In this document: positions 29,120 through 39,990 of the stretch, in pieces
Position numbering within the stretch: position 1 is the stretch's first letter
Layout: every line of letters starts with the position of its first letter
Source of the DNA: an uncultured Rhodocyclaceae bacterium
GTDB lineage: Bacteria > Pseudomonadota > Gammaproteobacteria > Burkholderiales > Rhodocyclaceae
Direction of reading: 5' to 3'
Assembly: GCA_964596295.1 (NCBI GenBank)
Contig: CAZQTB010000002.1
Coordinates: 4,355 to 68,354 of the forward strand
Length of the DNA: 64,000 nucleotides
Translations under genes and position numbers: made by a program
Notes under the pieces: model-generated
Told to the model about the DNA's origin: nothing
Seen by the model: only the letters and a program-made list of their open reading frames with translations
Database searches by the model: none

Positions 29120-30133
29120 TTAACTGATGAAGCGGACCGAACCGCCTTCTTCCACGCGCCGCATTTTGCCGGCATGCGCGAGATAGTTCAGGTGCGCGAT
29201 GGCCTCGCCCATGGCGAACATGGTCTGGTGCGGGTCGCTGAATTCGCGGTCAAACAGCGTGGGAATCAGTTCGGCAGCGTTGTACGCACGGTCCTTGCAG
29301 GCGTTCAGCAATATCCCGCAACGCTCGGCATGGTGGGCGTGCAATTGCGCCACGCGGCCATGCAGCCCGCGAAAGGGCCTGCCGTGGGAAGGCAGCACCA
29401 GCGTGTCTTGCGGCAAGTCGAGAAAGGCATCGATGGAATCGAGGAACAGCTTGAGCGGGTTGCCGTAAGGATTGGCCGGTTGCACCGAGATGTTGGTGGA
29501 AATGCGCGGCAACAGCATATCGCCGGAAATCAGCACATGCAGTTCGTCGCAATACAGGCTCATGTGTTCGGCGGCGTGACCGTAGCCGACGATCGTGCGC
29601 CAGGCATGGCGGCCGACGTGCAGCACTTCATTGGCAAATATCTGCCGGTAGTGTTCGGGCAAAGTCGGCACGCCATTCCTGTAAGCATTGCCGCGCTGTT
29701 CCAGGGCTGTTGCGCCGGCTTCGTCCAGCCCGTGCCGGCGAAAAAAATCGACCATGGCGGAAACCGAAAACGGGCTGACTCCGGCGTGAATCATTTTGGC
29801 GGTCAGGTAGTCGCCCTGCGACATCCACAGGGGCGCGCCCTTTTCCTGTTCCAGCCAGCTGGCCAGCCCGACGTGATCGGGATGCAGGTGGGTGACGATG
29901 GCGCGGGTGAGCCGGCGGTCAGCCAGGAGGGTATTCCACGCATCGCGCACTTCAGGCGTCGCGATGCCGGTATCGACGGCAGCGTAGCCTGCGCCATCCG
30001 CCAGCAACCACAGGTTGATATGGTTTAACGCAAAGGGCAATGGCATGCATACCCAGTCAACCCCCGGGGCGACGGGAACCGCGACACCGGGAGCGGGGGA
30101 TGTCTCGCGGGAGTAAACCAGGGGAGCGTTCAC
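29120..30133 (-). CDS. MBL-fold metallo-hydrolase
   Basis: THLHPDHVG, GHAAEH, SGD, PSHG; start uncertain. Confidence 0.88.
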   Translation of the reverse strand: MNAPLVYSRETSPAPGVAVPVAPGVDWVCMPLPFALNHINLWLLADGAGYAAVDTGIATPEVRDAWNTLLADRRLTRAIVTHLHPDHVGLASWLEQEKGAPLWMSQGDYLTAKMIHAGVSPFSVSAMVDFFRRHGLDEAGATALEQRGNAYRNGVPTLPEHYRQIFANEVLHVGRHAWRTIVGYGHAAEHMSLYCDELHVLISGDMLLPRISTNISVQPANPYGNPLKLFLDSIDAFLDLPQDTLVLPSHGRPFRGLHGRVAQLHAHHAERCGILLNACKDRAYNAAELIPTLFDREFSDPHQTMFAMGEAIAHLNYLAHAGKMRRVEEGGSVRFIS

Positions 30134-30325
30134 GGAGGGAATCTTTCGTTGTTGGCCTGATAGAATCGCGCCAGAAGAAAATTTATCGGCCAAAAAAGAC
30201 GGCCATCAGCAACCGGCTCCATATTAGCGGATTTTCTGTTTCCTGCCCCGCCTTTTCTCCCCGTGTTCCGTGCAGGTACTGAATCTCCCGGCAACGATAC
30301 GAAGGAATACAAAGGAACACGCGCA

Positions 30326-31522
30326 ATGATCGGACTGAATTTCGGCCTTGGCGAAGACCTTGACGCGCTGCGCGAGGCGGTGTGGCAATTCGCCAAAAAG
30401 GAGATCGCCCCGCGCGCCGCGCAGATTGACCGCGACAACCTGTTCCCCGCCGATTTGTGGCGCAAACTCGGTGAAATGGGGCTGCTGGGAATCAGTGTGG
30501 AAGAGGAGTATGGCGGCACGCAGATGGGCTATCTCGCCCACATCGTGGCGATCGAGGAACTCTCTCGCGCCTCGGCCTCCGTCGGGCTTTCCTACGGCGC
30601 CCACTCCAATCTGTGCGTGAACCAGTTGCGGCGCAACGGCAACGAGACGCAGAAAAGAAAATATCTGCCCCGGCTCATTTCCGGCGAGCATGTCGGCGCA
30701 CTGGCGATGTCCGAGTCGAGTGCCGGTTCCGACGTGGTTTCCATGACGTTGCGGGCCGACAGAAAAGGCGACCGCTATGTGCTGAACGGTTCGAAGATGT
30801 GGATCACCAACGGCGGCGAAGCCGATGTCCTCATCGTCTATGCCAAGACCGATATGTCGGCCGGCGCGCACGGTATTACCGCCTTCATCATAGAGAAGGG
30901 TTTTGCGGGCTTCAGCCAGGGCGCGCATCTCGACAAGCTGGGCATGCGCGGCTCGAACACCTGTCCGCTGTTTTTCGACAACTGCGAAGTACCCGCTGAA
31001 AACGTGCTGGGCCGTGCAGGCGAGGGCGTCAAGATATTGATGAGCGGGCTGGACTACGAGCGTGCCGTGCTGTCGGGCGGGCCGTTGGGGATCATGGCCG
31101 CCTGCATGGACGTGGTGCTGCCATACCTGCATGAGCGCAGGCAGTTCAATCAGGCCATCGGCGAATTCCAGTTGATGCAGGGCAAGCTGGCCGACATGTA
31201 CACCACCTGGCAGGCAGCGCGCGCTTATGTCTATGCCGTGGGCCGCGTGTGCGATATGGCGGATCACGCGGCCCACACGGGCAACAGCGGGAGCCGGACA
31301 AAACAACTGCGCAAGGATGCCGCCGGCGCGATTCTGCATGCCGCCGAAAAAGCCACCTGGATGGCCGGCGAAGCGATACAAGCGCTGGGCGGCAACGGCT
31401 ACACCAATGATTATCCGGCGGGCCGTCTGTGGCGTGATGCCAAGCTCTACGAAATCGGCGCCGGCACGTCGGAAATCCGCCGTATACTCATCGGCCGCGA
31501 ACTTTTTAATGAACCTCTGTGA
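30326..31522 (+). CDS. liuA: Isovaleryl-CoA dehydrogenase
   Basis: [45 protein letters not shown]. Confidence 0.93.
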   Translation: MIGLNFGLGEDLDALREAVWQFAKKEIAPRAAQIDRDNLFPADLWRKLGEMGLLGISVEEEYGGTQMGYLAHIVAIEELSRASASVGLSYGAHSNLCVNQLRRNGNETQKRKYLPRLISGEHVGALAMSESSAGSDVVSMTLRADRKGDRYVLNGSKMWITNGGEADVLIVYAKTDMSAGAHGITAFIIEKGFAGFSQGAHLDKLGMRGSNTCPLFFDNCEVPAENVLGRAGEGVKILMSGLDYERAVLSGGPLGIMAACMDVVLPYLHERRQFNQAIGEFQLMQGKLADMYTTWQAARAYVYAVGRVCDMADHAAHTGNSGSRTKQLRKDAAGAILHAAEKATWMAGEAIQALGGNGYTNDYPAGRLWRDAKLYEIGAGTSEIRRILIGRELFNEPL

Positions 31523-31533
31523 GGTGCAGCGCC

Positions 31534-32136
31534 ATGCCCGGTCCGCTCGAATTCTGGTTCGATTTTTCGTCGCCTTATTCGTATCTGGCGGCTGAAAAAA
31601 TTGATGCGCTGGCCGCCATGTACCAGCGCGCAGTCCATTGGCATCCCATTTTGCTCGGCGCGGTGTTCCAGAAAACCAACGCCGTGCCGCTGGTGCAACT
31701 GCCGCTGAAAGGCGAGTACAGCCTGCGCGATTTTGCGCGCTCGGCGCGCTTCCTCGACCTGCCGTTCGCGATGCCGGAGAAATTTCCGCTGCCCACGCAG
31801 TCGGCCGCCCGGGCTTACTACTGGATCAGCGAGCGCGACATGAACACGGCGCACACTTTTGCGCGCGCCGTGTTCCGCGCCTTCTTTGTCGTCGGCCGGG
31901 ACATTTCCGATCTGGCGGTGGTGCTCGACATTGCCGCACGGATGGACATCGACAGCGATGCATTGTCGCAGGCGGTGGCTACGCCTGAAATCAAGGAACG
32001 GCTGAGACGCGAAACCGAAATGGCGCTTGCGCAAGGCATGTTTGGCGCGCCTTTTTTCATGGTCGACAAGGAACCGTTCTGGGGCGTTGACCGGTTGCCG
32101 CAAATTGAGCAGTGGCTGGCCACGGGGGGCTTTTAG
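31534..32136 (+). CDS. 2-hydroxychromene-2-carboxylate isomerase-like / kappa-class GST (DsbA fold)
   Basis: [20 protein letters not shown]. Confidence 0.87.
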   Translation: MPGPLEFWFDFSSPYSYLAAEKIDALAAMYQRAVHWHPILLGAVFQKTNAVPLVQLPLKGEYSLRDFARSARFLDLPFAMPEKFPLPTQSAARAYYWISERDMNTAHTFARAVFRAFFVVGRDISDLAVVLDIAARMDIDSDALSQAVATPEIKERLRRETEMALAQGMFGAPFFMVDKEPFWGVDRLPQIEQWLATGGF

Positions 32137-33755
32137 TGTCTGTCATCCAATCTGCCCTGCACACCCGCAGCGACGAGTTCAAGGCCAATGCCGCCGCCAT
32201 GGGCGCGCTGGTCGCCGACCTGCGCGAAAAGTCGGCGCTGGCGGCACGGGGAGGTTCCGCAGAGGCGCGCGCCAGGCATCTTGCGCGCGGCAAGCTGCTG
32301 CCCCGCGAGCGCATCGACGCGCTGCTCGACCCCGGCGCCGCCTTCCTTGAACTCTCGCCGCTGGCGGCATATGGCATGTATGGCGCCGATGGTTCCGATG
32401 AAGTGCCGTCCGCCGGCGTGGTCACCGGCATCGGCCGCATCAATGGCGTGGAATGCATGATCGTTGCCAACGATGCCACGGTGAAGGGCGGCACGTATTA
32501 CCCGCTGACGCTGAAAAAACATTTGCGGGCGCAGGAAATCGCGCAGCAGAACCGCCTGCCCTGCGTTTATCTGGTGGACTCCGGCGGCGCCTTCCTGCCG
32601 GCGCAGGACGAAGTTTTCCCTGACCGCGATCACTTTGGCCGCATCTTTTTCAACCAGGCCAACATGAGCGCCGCCGGCATCCCGCAAATCGCGGTGGTCA
32701 TGGGTTCGTGCACGGCGGGCGGCGCCTATGTTCCCGCCATGAGCGACGAAAGCGTCATTGTCAGGAACCAGGGCACCATTTTCCTCGGCGGCCCGCCGCT
32801 GGTGAAGGCCGCGACGGGCGAGACAGTCAGCGTTGAAGATCTCGGCGGCGGCGATGTGCACACCCGCATCTCCGGCGTCTGCGATCACCTGGCGGAAAAC
32901 GACCACCACGCGCTGGCCATTGCCCGCCGCATTGTCGGCAACCTCAACTGGCAGAAGCCGGTTGCCCTTGATCTGGCGGCGCCGGAAGAACCGCTTTACG
33001 ATCCGGCTGAACTGTGGGGCGTTATTCCCGCCGACATGAAAAAGCCTTACGACGTGCGCGAGGTCATTGCCCGCCTGGTGGATGGTTCGCGCTTCGACGA
33101 ATTCAAGGCGCGCTACGGTACGACGCTGGTCACCGGGTTCGCCCGGCTGCATGGCTATCCCATCGGCATTCTCGCCAATAACGGCATCCTGTTTTCCGAA
33201 TCGGCGCTGAAGGGCGCGCATTTCATCGAGTTGTGCGCCCAGCGCGGCATCCCGCTGGTGTTTCTGCAGAACATCACCGGCTTCATGGTCGGCCGCAAAT
33301 ACGAAAACGGCGGCATTGCCAAGGACGGCGCCAAACTGGTCGCCGCCGTGGCCACGGCACAGGTGCCGAAGTTCACCCTGATCATTGGCGGCTCGTTTGG
33401 CGCCGGCAATTACGGCATGTGCGGTCGCGCCTACTCGCCGCGCCTGCTATGGATGTGGCCCAATGCGCGCATCGGCGTCATGGGCGGCGAGCAGGCCGCG
33501 TCGGTGCTGGCCGCCGTCAAGCGCGACGGCCTGGAAGCCGCCGGGAAAACGTGGAGCAAAGAGGAAGAGAACGCCTTCAGGCAGCCGATCCGCGCGCAGT
33601 ATGAAACACAAGGCCACCCGTATTACGCCACAGCGCGCCTGTGGGACGATGGCGTGCTCGATCCGGCGCAATCGCGGCACGCCCTGGCCCTGGGAATTTC
33701 TGCTGCGCTCAATGCGCCCATCCAGCCCACCCGGTTCGGCATTTTCCGTATGTAA
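32136..33755 (+). CDS. liuB: 3-methylcrotonyl-CoA carboxylase beta (carboxyltransferase) subunit
   Basis: [39 protein letters not shown] terminus. Confidence 0.94.
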   Translation: MSVIQSALHTRSDEFKANAAAMGALVADLREKSALAARGGSAEARARHLARGKLLPRERIDALLDPGAAFLELSPLAAYGMYGADGSDEVPSAGVVTGIGRINGVECMIVANDATVKGGTYYPLTLKKHLRAQEIAQQNRLPCVYLVDSGGAFLPAQDEVFPDRDHFGRIFFNQANMSAAGIPQIAVVMGSCTAGGAYVPAMSDESVIVRNQGTIFLGGPPLVKAATGETVSVEDLGGGDVHTRISGVCDHLAENDHHALAIARRIVGNLNWQKPVALDLAAPEEPLYDPAELWGVIPADMKKPYDVREVIARLVDGSRFDEFKARYGTTLVTGFARLHGYPIGILANNGILFSESALKGAHFIELCAQRGIPLVFLQNITGFMVGRKYENGGIAKDGAKLVAAVATAQVPKFTLIIGGSFGAGNYGMCGRAYSPRLLWMWPNARIGVMGGEQAASVLAAVKRDGLEAAGKTWSKEEENAFRQPIRAQYETQGHPYYATARLWDDGVLDPAQSRHALALGISAALNAPIQPTRFGIFRM

Positions 33756-33779
33756 CACGCAACACGTAACGCGTAACAT
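33752..33779 (+). repeat. Four tandem heptamers
   Basis: GTAACAC GCAACAC GTAACGC GTAACAT. Confidence 0.7.
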
Positions 33780-33814
33780 GCGGCGGGCGCATCATCCGAT
33801 GACAAAGGGAAAGC

Positions 33815-34612
33815 ATGTATCAGACCATCCTCACTGAAGTCGATGCCGGCGTCGGCATCATTACCCTCAATCGCGCCGAGCGGCACAACGCGTTTGACGA
33901 TGTGCTGATCGGCGAGCTGACGCAGGCGATTGACGCGATGACGGCCGATGCCGCCGTGCGCATCATCGTTCTTTCCAGCAGCGGCAAAAGTTTTTGCGCC
34001 GGCGCCGACCTGAACTGGATGCGGCGTGCCGCGGATTATTCGGATGAAGAGAATCTGCGCGATGCGCGCGCCCTCGCCGAAATGCTGCGCCGCCTGGCGC
34101 AGTGCCCCAAACCCACGATTGCGCGCGTGCAGGGTCCGGCCTATGCTGGCGGCGTGGGCCTGGTGGCCTGTTGCGATATCGCCATCGCCACGTTCGATGT
34201 CCAGTTCGCGCTGACGGAAACGCGCATCGGCCTCGTGCCGGCAACCATCAGCCCGCATCTGGTCAGCGTCATCGGCGAGCGCCATGCGCGCCGCTACATG
34301 CTGACCGCCGAACGCTTTTCCGCTGCCGAGGCGTATCGCATCGGCCTGGTGCACGAGCTGGTGGTGGATGTGGCGGCGCTCGATGAAGCCGTGGGCGAAA
34401 TTGCGGATACGCTGCTGAAGAACGGCCCCGCCGCGCTGGCCGAATGCAAATCACTGGTCTCGGCCGTTGCCGGCAAGCCGCTCTCGCCCGAAATCATCGA
34501 AGACACCGCGCAGCGCATCATGCGTTTGCGCGCCAATGCGGAAGGGCGCGAAGGCATCAGTGCCTTCCTTGAAAAACGCACCCCTCGATGGGTTGCCGGC
34601 GGGGCTGCCTAG
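33815..34612 (+). CDS. liuC: Methylglutaconyl-CoA hydratase (crotonase family)
   Basis: FCAGADLNWM, GG.GLVACCD, EGREG..AFLEKR; liu cluster position. Confidence 0.85.
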   Translation: MYQTILTEVDAGVGIITLNRAERHNAFDDVLIGELTQAIDAMTADAAVRIIVLSSSGKSFCAGADLNWMRRAADYSDEENLRDARALAEMLRRLAQCPKPTIARVQGPAYAGGVGLVACCDIAIATFDVQFALTETRIGLVPATISPHLVSVIGERHARRYMLTAERFSAAEAYRIGLVHELVVDVAALDEAVGEIADTLLKNGPAALAECKSLVSAVAGKPLSPEIIEDTAQRIMRLRANAEGREGISAFLEKRTPRWVAGGAA

Positions 34613-34648
34613 GGCGCATCGGCGAGGCTGACCGCACAGGGCTGAATC

Positions 34649-36685
34649 ATGTTCACCAAAATCCTCATCGCCAATCGCGGCGAGATTGCCTGCCGCATCA
34701 TCAAAACGGCGCGCCGCATGGGCATCCGCACCGTCGCCGTGTATTCGACGGCGGACATCCATGCCCGTCATGTGCGCCTGGCCGATGAAGCGCTGTGCAT
34801 TGGCGCGCCGCCGCCCGCAGAGTCCTATCTCGCCATCGGGAAGATCATCGACGCCGCAAAAGCCACCGGCGCACAGGCCATTCACCCGGGCTACGGCTTT
34901 CTTTCCGAGAATGCGGAATTCGCCGCTGCCTGCGCGCAAAGCGGAATTGTTTTCATCGGCCCGCCGGTAGCCGCGATGCGCGCCATGGGCTCGAAATCGG
35001 CAGCAAAAAATCTGATGGGGAAAGCCGGCGTGCCGCTGACGCCGGGCTATCACGGCGACAACCAGGAGCCTGGTTTTCTCCGGCAACAGGCAGACCGGAT
35101 TGGCTACCCGGTGCTGATCAAGGCGGCGGCGGGCGGCGGCGGCAAGGGCATGCGCGTGGTGTCGTCATCCGCGGCGTTTCCTGATGCCCTGGCTTCCTGC
35201 AAGCGCGAGGCGGCAGCCAGCTTCGGCGACGAGCAGGTGCTGCTCGAAAAATATCTGCAGCGGGCGCGGCATATCGAAGTTCAGGTGTTCGGCGACAGCC
35301 ATGGCAATTGCGTCCATCTGTTCGAGCGCGACTGCTCGGTGCAGCGCCGCCACCAGAAAGTCCTGGAAGAAGCGCCCGCGCCCAACCTGTCGCCCGCGCG
35401 CCGCGCCGCGCTGGGCAAAGCGGCTGTCGATGCCGCCAGGGCCGTCGGCTACATCGGGGCCGGCACGGTCGAATTCATCGTTCCGGGCGATGCGCAGGAC
35501 GATGCGTTCTACTTCATGGAAATGAATACGCGCCTGCAGGTCGAACATCCGGTCACGGAAATGATTACCGGACTTGACCTGGTGGAATGGCAGTTGAAAG
35601 TCGGCGCTGGCGAGACGCTGCCGCTGGCGCAGGAACAGTTGGCCATCCGCGGCCACGCGCTGGAAGCGCGCATCTACGCCGAAGATCCGGACAAGGGCTT
35701 TTTGCCCGCCACCGGCCGGCTGATTCATCTGGCGCCGCCGGCCGAAACGCTGAATGTGCGCATCGACACCGGCGTCGAAGAGGGCGATGAAATCACGCCG
35801 CACTACGACCCGATGATCGCCAAGCTGATTGTCTGGGACAACAGCGAAACGAATGCGCGCGAGCGTGCCTGCGCGCGCATGCTGCAGGCGCTGGCCGATT
35901 ACGAGATAGCCGGTGTGGCGAACAATATCGGCTTCCTCTCCCGCCTCGTTGCCTGTCCAGCCTTTGCCCATGCCGATCTGGATACCGGCCTGATCGAACG
36001 CGAGCGCGGCTTCCTGTTTCCCGATGCCGCCGAGCCGCCTCACGAAGCGTGGCTGAGCGCCGCGCTCGCCGAGCTGCTCCGCGACCGGCAGCAGGCGGCG
36101 GCCGATGCCGCCGCCCACGCTCGCAGCGACCCGCACTCGCCCTGGCACCGGCGCGACGGCTGGCGCGTCAATGACGATGCCCGGCGCGCGCTGCGCCTGC
36201 AGTACGGCGGGACGGAAAAGAGCGTCGAGGTGACTTATCGCGGACAGCATTTCGTGCTCGCCTGCGCCGGGCGGAGCATTGCCGCTATGGGGATGCTCAC
36301 GCCGGACGGCGAGTTGCGCGCCGATCTTGACGGCCGGCGGCTGGAGGCGACCGTCGTGGCCGCCGGCGAACACCGTCATGTCTTCATCGACGGCCGCAGT
36401 TTCGTATTTACCCTGGTCGATCCGCTGCTCCAGGCCGGCAGCAGTGACGGCATGGAAGGCAGCCTGGTGGCGCCGATGCCGGGCAAGGTCGTCGCCCTGA
36501 TTGCCGCAGTCGGCGCAAGGATCGAGAAAGGCGCACCGCTGCTGATTCTTGAAGCCATGAAAATGGAACACACCCTCGCCGCGCCGGCGGCAGGCAGGGT
36601 CAAGGCGTTTCATTGCACTGCCGGCGAACAAGTCGGCGATGGCGCAGAGCTAGTAGAATTCGAAGCCGAACAAAAGAAGACGTGA
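34649..36685 (+). CDS. liuD: 3-methylcrotonyl-CoA carboxylase alpha (biotin carboxylase plus biotinyl domain)
   Basis: [37 protein letters not shown]. Confidence 0.94.
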   Translation: MFTKILIANRGEIACRIIKTARRMGIRTVAVYSTADIHARHVRLADEALCIGAPPPAESYLAIGKIIDAAKATGAQAIHPGYGFLSENAEFAAACAQSGIVFIGPPVAAMRAMGSKSAAKNLMGKAGVPLTPGYHGDNQEPGFLRQQADRIGYPVLIKAAAGGGGKGMRVVSSSAAFPDALASCKREAAASFGDEQVLLEKYLQRARHIEVQVFGDSHGNCVHLFERDCSVQRRHQKVLEEAPAPNLSPARRAALGKAAVDAARAVGYIGAGTVEFIVPGDAQDDAFYFMEMNTRLQVEHPVTEMITGLDLVEWQLKVGAGETLPLAQEQLAIRGHALEARIYAEDPDKGFLPATGRLIHLAPPAETLNVRIDTGVEEGDEITPHYDPMIAKLIVWDNSETNARERACARMLQALADYEIAGVANNIGFLSRLVACPAFAHADLDTGLIERERGFLFPDAAEPPHEAWLSAALAELLRDRQQAAADAAAHARSDPHSPWHRRDGWRVNDDARRALRLQYGGTEKSVEVTYRGQHFVLACAGRSIAAMGMLTPDGELRADLDGRRLEATVVAAGEHRHVFIDGRSFVFTLVDPLLQAGSSDGMEGSLVAPMPGKVVALIAAVGARIEKGAPLLILEAMKMEHTLAAPAAGRVKAFHCTAGEQVGDGAELVEFEAEQKKT

Positions 36686-36691
36686 ATCTGC

Positions 36692-37603
36692 ATGGCTCTC
36701 CCCAGTAAAGTCCGCATTATTGAAGTTGGCCCGCGCGACGGATTGCAAAACGAAAAGCAGGCGGTTGCCACTGCCACCAAGGTTGAGCTGATTCACCGCC
36801 TGGCGGCGGCAGGCTTGCAATCCATCGAGGTGACCGCCTTCGTCTCGCCCAAGTGGGTGCCGCAGATGGCGGATGGCGCCAAAGTTTTTGCGGCCGTCAA
36901 AAAACTGCCCAAGGTCGCCTATCCCGTGCTGACGCCGAACATGAAGGGCTTCGAAGCCGCCCTGGCGGCCGGGGCGAAAGAGGTCAGCGTGTTTAGCGCC
37001 GCTTCCGAAACCTTTTCGCAGAAGAACACCAATTGCTCCATCGGCGAATCGCTGGAGCGCTTTCGTCCGGTGATTGAAGCGGCCAAGGCCGCGGACATCA
37101 AGGTGCGCGGCTATGTCTCCTGCGTTCTCGGTTGCCCCTACGAGGGCGACGTGGCGCCGCGCGCCGTTGCCGACGTGGCGCAAGCCCTGTTCGAGATGGG
37201 CTGCTATGAAATCAGCCTGGGCGACACCATCGGCACCGGCACGCCGGAAAAGACGAAGGCGATGATCGAGGCCGTGGCGCGCCGCGTGCCGCTCAAAAAA
37301 CTTGCCGGCCATTTCCATGATACCTGGGGCATGGCCATCGCCAATATCTATGCTTCGCTGCAGGCAGGCATTGCGGTTTTCGACAGTTCCGTTGCCGGCC
37401 TGGGCGGCTGCCCATATGCGCCCGGCGCCCTGGGCAATGTCGCCACCGAAGATGTGGTCTGGCTGTTGCAGGGCTGCGGCATTAATTGCGGCGCCAATCT
37501 TGAGTCACTGGTCGATACCGCTGCGTGGATTTCCCGCGAACTTGGCCGCGAGCCTGCCTCGCGTGTCGCGCGCGCCATGCTCGCGCGGCGTGCCGTGGCC
37601 TGA
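36692..37603 (+). CDS. liuE: Hydroxymethylglutaryl-CoA lyase
   Basis: EVGPRDGLQNE, GHFHDT, GLGGCPYA. Confidence 0.95.
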   Translation: MALPSKVRIIEVGPRDGLQNEKQAVATATKVELIHRLAAAGLQSIEVTAFVSPKWVPQMADGAKVFAAVKKLPKVAYPVLTPNMKGFEAALAAGAKEVSVFSAASETFSQKNTNCSIGESLERFRPVIEAAKAADIKVRGYVSCVLGCPYEGDVAPRAVADVAQALFEMGCYEISLGDTIGTGTPEKTKAMIEAVARRVPLKKLAGHFHDTWGMAIANIYASLQAGIAVFDSSVAGLGGCPYAPGALGNVATEDVVWLLQGCGINCGANLESLVDTAAWISRELGREPASRVARAMLARRAVA

Positions 37604-37618
37604 AAACCCGGCGCTGGC

Positions 37619-37825
37619 ATGACGGCGATTACTTCACCCTGCGTGAATGTTTGCCGCATGCAGGGCAGCCTGTGCGTCGGCTGCTACCGTACACTGGACG
37701 AAATCGCCGGCTGGAGCCAGATGGGCGACGCTGAAAAGCAGCGCGTGCTCTGCGCCGCGGCGCAACGCGCCGGAACCGGCGGTGCGGCCGTTGCGGGGCA
37801 GAACGCAGCAAGCCAAAAAAAGTAG
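37619..37825 (+). CDS. DUF1289-family small Cys-rich protein
   Basis: SPCVNVC...CVGCYRTLDEI..W. Confidence 0.85.
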   Translation: MTAITSPCVNVCRMQGSLCVGCYRTLDEIAGWSQMGDAEKQRVLCAAAQRAGTGGAAVAGQNAASQKK

Positions 37826-37886
37826 AAGCTGCCGATTGGGCATCTTGGACGCAACGTGCAATCACTATCCTGGAGCGCAGATCACC

Positions 37887-38663
37887 ATGCCGCTGGACAC
37901 CGTCACCATCAACGAGCTTGCCGAAACCCTGTTGCGGGCGGAGCGCGATCGCGCGCCGATCGATACGCTGTCGGAGCGCTACCCGGACCTTGACGAGGCC
38001 GATGCCTATGCGATCGCCAAGGCGAAGCTGCGTCTGCGCCAGCGCCGTACGGTCGGCTACAAACTCGGGTATACCAGCGCAGCGATGCGCAAGCAGATGA
38101 ACATCGATCAGCCAAACTACGGCGTGCTCACGGACGACATGTTCGTCGAGCAGGACGCGCTATCCTTCGACGCGCTGATACATCCGCTGGTTGAACCCGA
38201 AATAGCGATATGCCTCGAGCGCGATCTGGCGGGAGGCGGGCACGACCGCGAATCGGTGATGCGTGCCGGACCGCTGTTCATGCCGGCGATCGAGGTTTGC
38301 GACACGCGCTATCGGGAATACAAGTTCAAGGCAGTCGACAACATCGCCGACAACAGTTCCGGCGCCCGTTATGCGCTCGGTGCGCCGCAGCCGGTGACAG
38401 GTGCAGACGATCTGCGCGCATTGACGATCGAACTGTGGATAGGCGACACGCTGACAGATCAGGGTGTCGGCGCCAATGCCCTGGACGATCCGCTGCTCGC
38501 CGTCGCATGGCTGGCCAACCGGCTGCATGCAGAGGGCACATCGCTGAAGGCGGGCGAGGTGGTGCTCACCGGAGGCTTGACGCGGGGCTACCTTGCGCAG
38601 CGCAACCAGACGATCATCGCCAGGCTTGTCGGCTCGGGCGCGGTGACGTTGCGCTTTTACTGA
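37887..38663 (+). CDS. 2-keto-4-pentenoate hydratase-like (FAA hydrolase superfamily)
   Basis: [25 protein letters not shown]. Confidence 0.85.
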   Translation: MPLDTVTINELAETLLRAERDRAPIDTLSERYPDLDEADAYAIAKAKLRLRQRRTVGYKLGYTSAAMRKQMNIDQPNYGVLTDDMFVEQDALSFDALIHPLVEPEIAICLERDLAGGGHDRESVMRAGPLFMPAIEVCDTRYREYKFKAVDNIADNSSGARYALGAPQPVTGADDLRALTIELWIGDTLTDQGVGANALDDPLLAVAWLANRLHAEGTSLKAGEVVLTGGLTRGYLAQRNQTIIARLVGSGAVTLRFY

Positions 38664-38716
38664 ACTGCCCTGTTCGCGACTGCCATTTCAGCGATCAATC
38701 CGTTATCCTTTATCCC

Positions 38717-39559
38717 ATGCAAGTCGTTCTCATCAGCGGGCTTTCCGGCTCCGGCAAATCCATCGCCCTCAATGTGCTGGAGGACGCGGGCTACTATTGC
38801 ATCGACAACCTGCCGGCGCCGCTGCTTTTCGATCTGGTCAGCTATCTGCGCCTGGAAGGCCAGGAGCGCGTAGCCGTAGCGGTGGACATGCGCGGCGGCG
38901 CTTCCATCGCCGCCTTGCCGCCGCAACTGCGCAGGCTTGAAGCGGAAGGCATCACCCTGCGCTTCGTGTTTCTCGATGCGCGCAACGACATCCTGATCCG
39001 GCGCTTTTCCGAGACGCGCCGCCGCCACCCGCTGGCCGGCAACGACGTGACGCTGGAAGAGGCCATCGGCCGCGAACGCGATGCGCTGGAGCTGCTCGCT
39101 TCTCTCGGCCACCACATCGACACCAGCCACCTGCGGCCAAACGCCCTGCGGGCCTGCATCAGGGATTTCATCATGCTGGATTCCCACCGCGGGCTGACCC
39201 TGCTGTTTGAATCCTTCGGCTTCAAGCACGGCATTCCGCTCGATGCCGATCTGGTCTTCGATGTGCGTTGCCTGCCCAACCCGCACTACGACCCCGCGCT
39301 GCGCCCGCTCACCGGACGCGATGCCGAGGTGATCGGCTTCCTCGCGGCGGAAGCCGAGGTGCAGCGCATGGAAGACGATATCCGCCGCTTCGTCGCCGAA
39401 TGGCTGCCCGCCTATGCCCGCGATAACCGCGTCTATCTGACCGTCGCCCTTGGCTGCACCGGCGGCCAGCATCGGTCGGTCTATCTGGCGGAAAGGCTGG
39501 CCGCCCACTTTCGCGACCAGGCCAACGTGCTGGTGCGCCACCGCAGCCTGGTGGAATGA
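38717..39559 (+). CDS. rapZ: RNase adapter RapZ
   Basis: [41 protein letters not shown]. Confidence 0.95.
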   Translation: MQVVLISGLSGSGKSIALNVLEDAGYYCIDNLPAPLLFDLVSYLRLEGQERVAVAVDMRGGASIAALPPQLRRLEAEGITLRFVFLDARNDILIRRFSETRRRHPLAGNDVTLEEAIGRERDALELLASLGHHIDTSHLRPNALRACIRDFIMLDSHRGLTLLFESFGFKHGIPLDADLVFDVRCLPNPHYDPALRPLTGRDAEVIGFLAAEAEVQRMEDDIRRFVAEWLPAYARDNRVYLTVALGCTGGQHRSVYLAERLAAHFRDQANVLVRHRSLVE

Positions 39560-39990
39560 AAGCCGCACTGCCTGAAGACCTGCGCCGGCTGTTCAGGGAC
39601 GCGCGTCACGGCGGCCCGTGGCGCCGGCTGTTCAAGCCCGGCGACTGGCTCACGCTGCTGCTCGGGCTGGCCCTGGTTACCTTCTCCTATCCGCTGCTGT
39701 GGCGCGGCGGCGCGGCGGATCGCGCCATCGTCAAGCGGGACGGCAAAACGATCACCGCGCTGGGCCTGCATGCAGCGCGCCGGGTTGCCGTCAGCGGTCC
39801 CATCGGCATCACCGTGATCGAAGTGCAGCCCGGCCGCGCCCGCGTATTCTCGGACCCCGGCCCGCGCCAGTATTGCGTGCAACAGGGCTGGCTGACGCGC
39901 GCCAATGCCGTCGCCATCTGCGCGCCGAACCATATTACGTTGCAACTCGCCGGAGGCGGGGGCGCCGGGTATGACTCCCTCAACTATTGA
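39556..39990 (+). CDS. NusG domain II-containing (DUF1312, EetA-like) membrane-anchored protein
   Basis: KPGD followed by TM helix, [18 protein letters not shown]. Confidence 0.8.
   Translation: MKAALPEDLRRLFRDARHGGPWRRLFKPGDWLTLLLGLALVTFSYPLLWRGGAADRAIVKRDGKTITALGLHAARRVAVSGPIGITVIEVQPGRARVFSDPGPRQYCVQQGWLTRANAVAICAPNHITLQLAGGGGAGYDSLNY

Noticed and set aside
39203..39220. TTTGAATCC inside rapZ as a repeat copy
   Set aside because: Only 9 bp match, explained by the conserved FESFGFK peptide.
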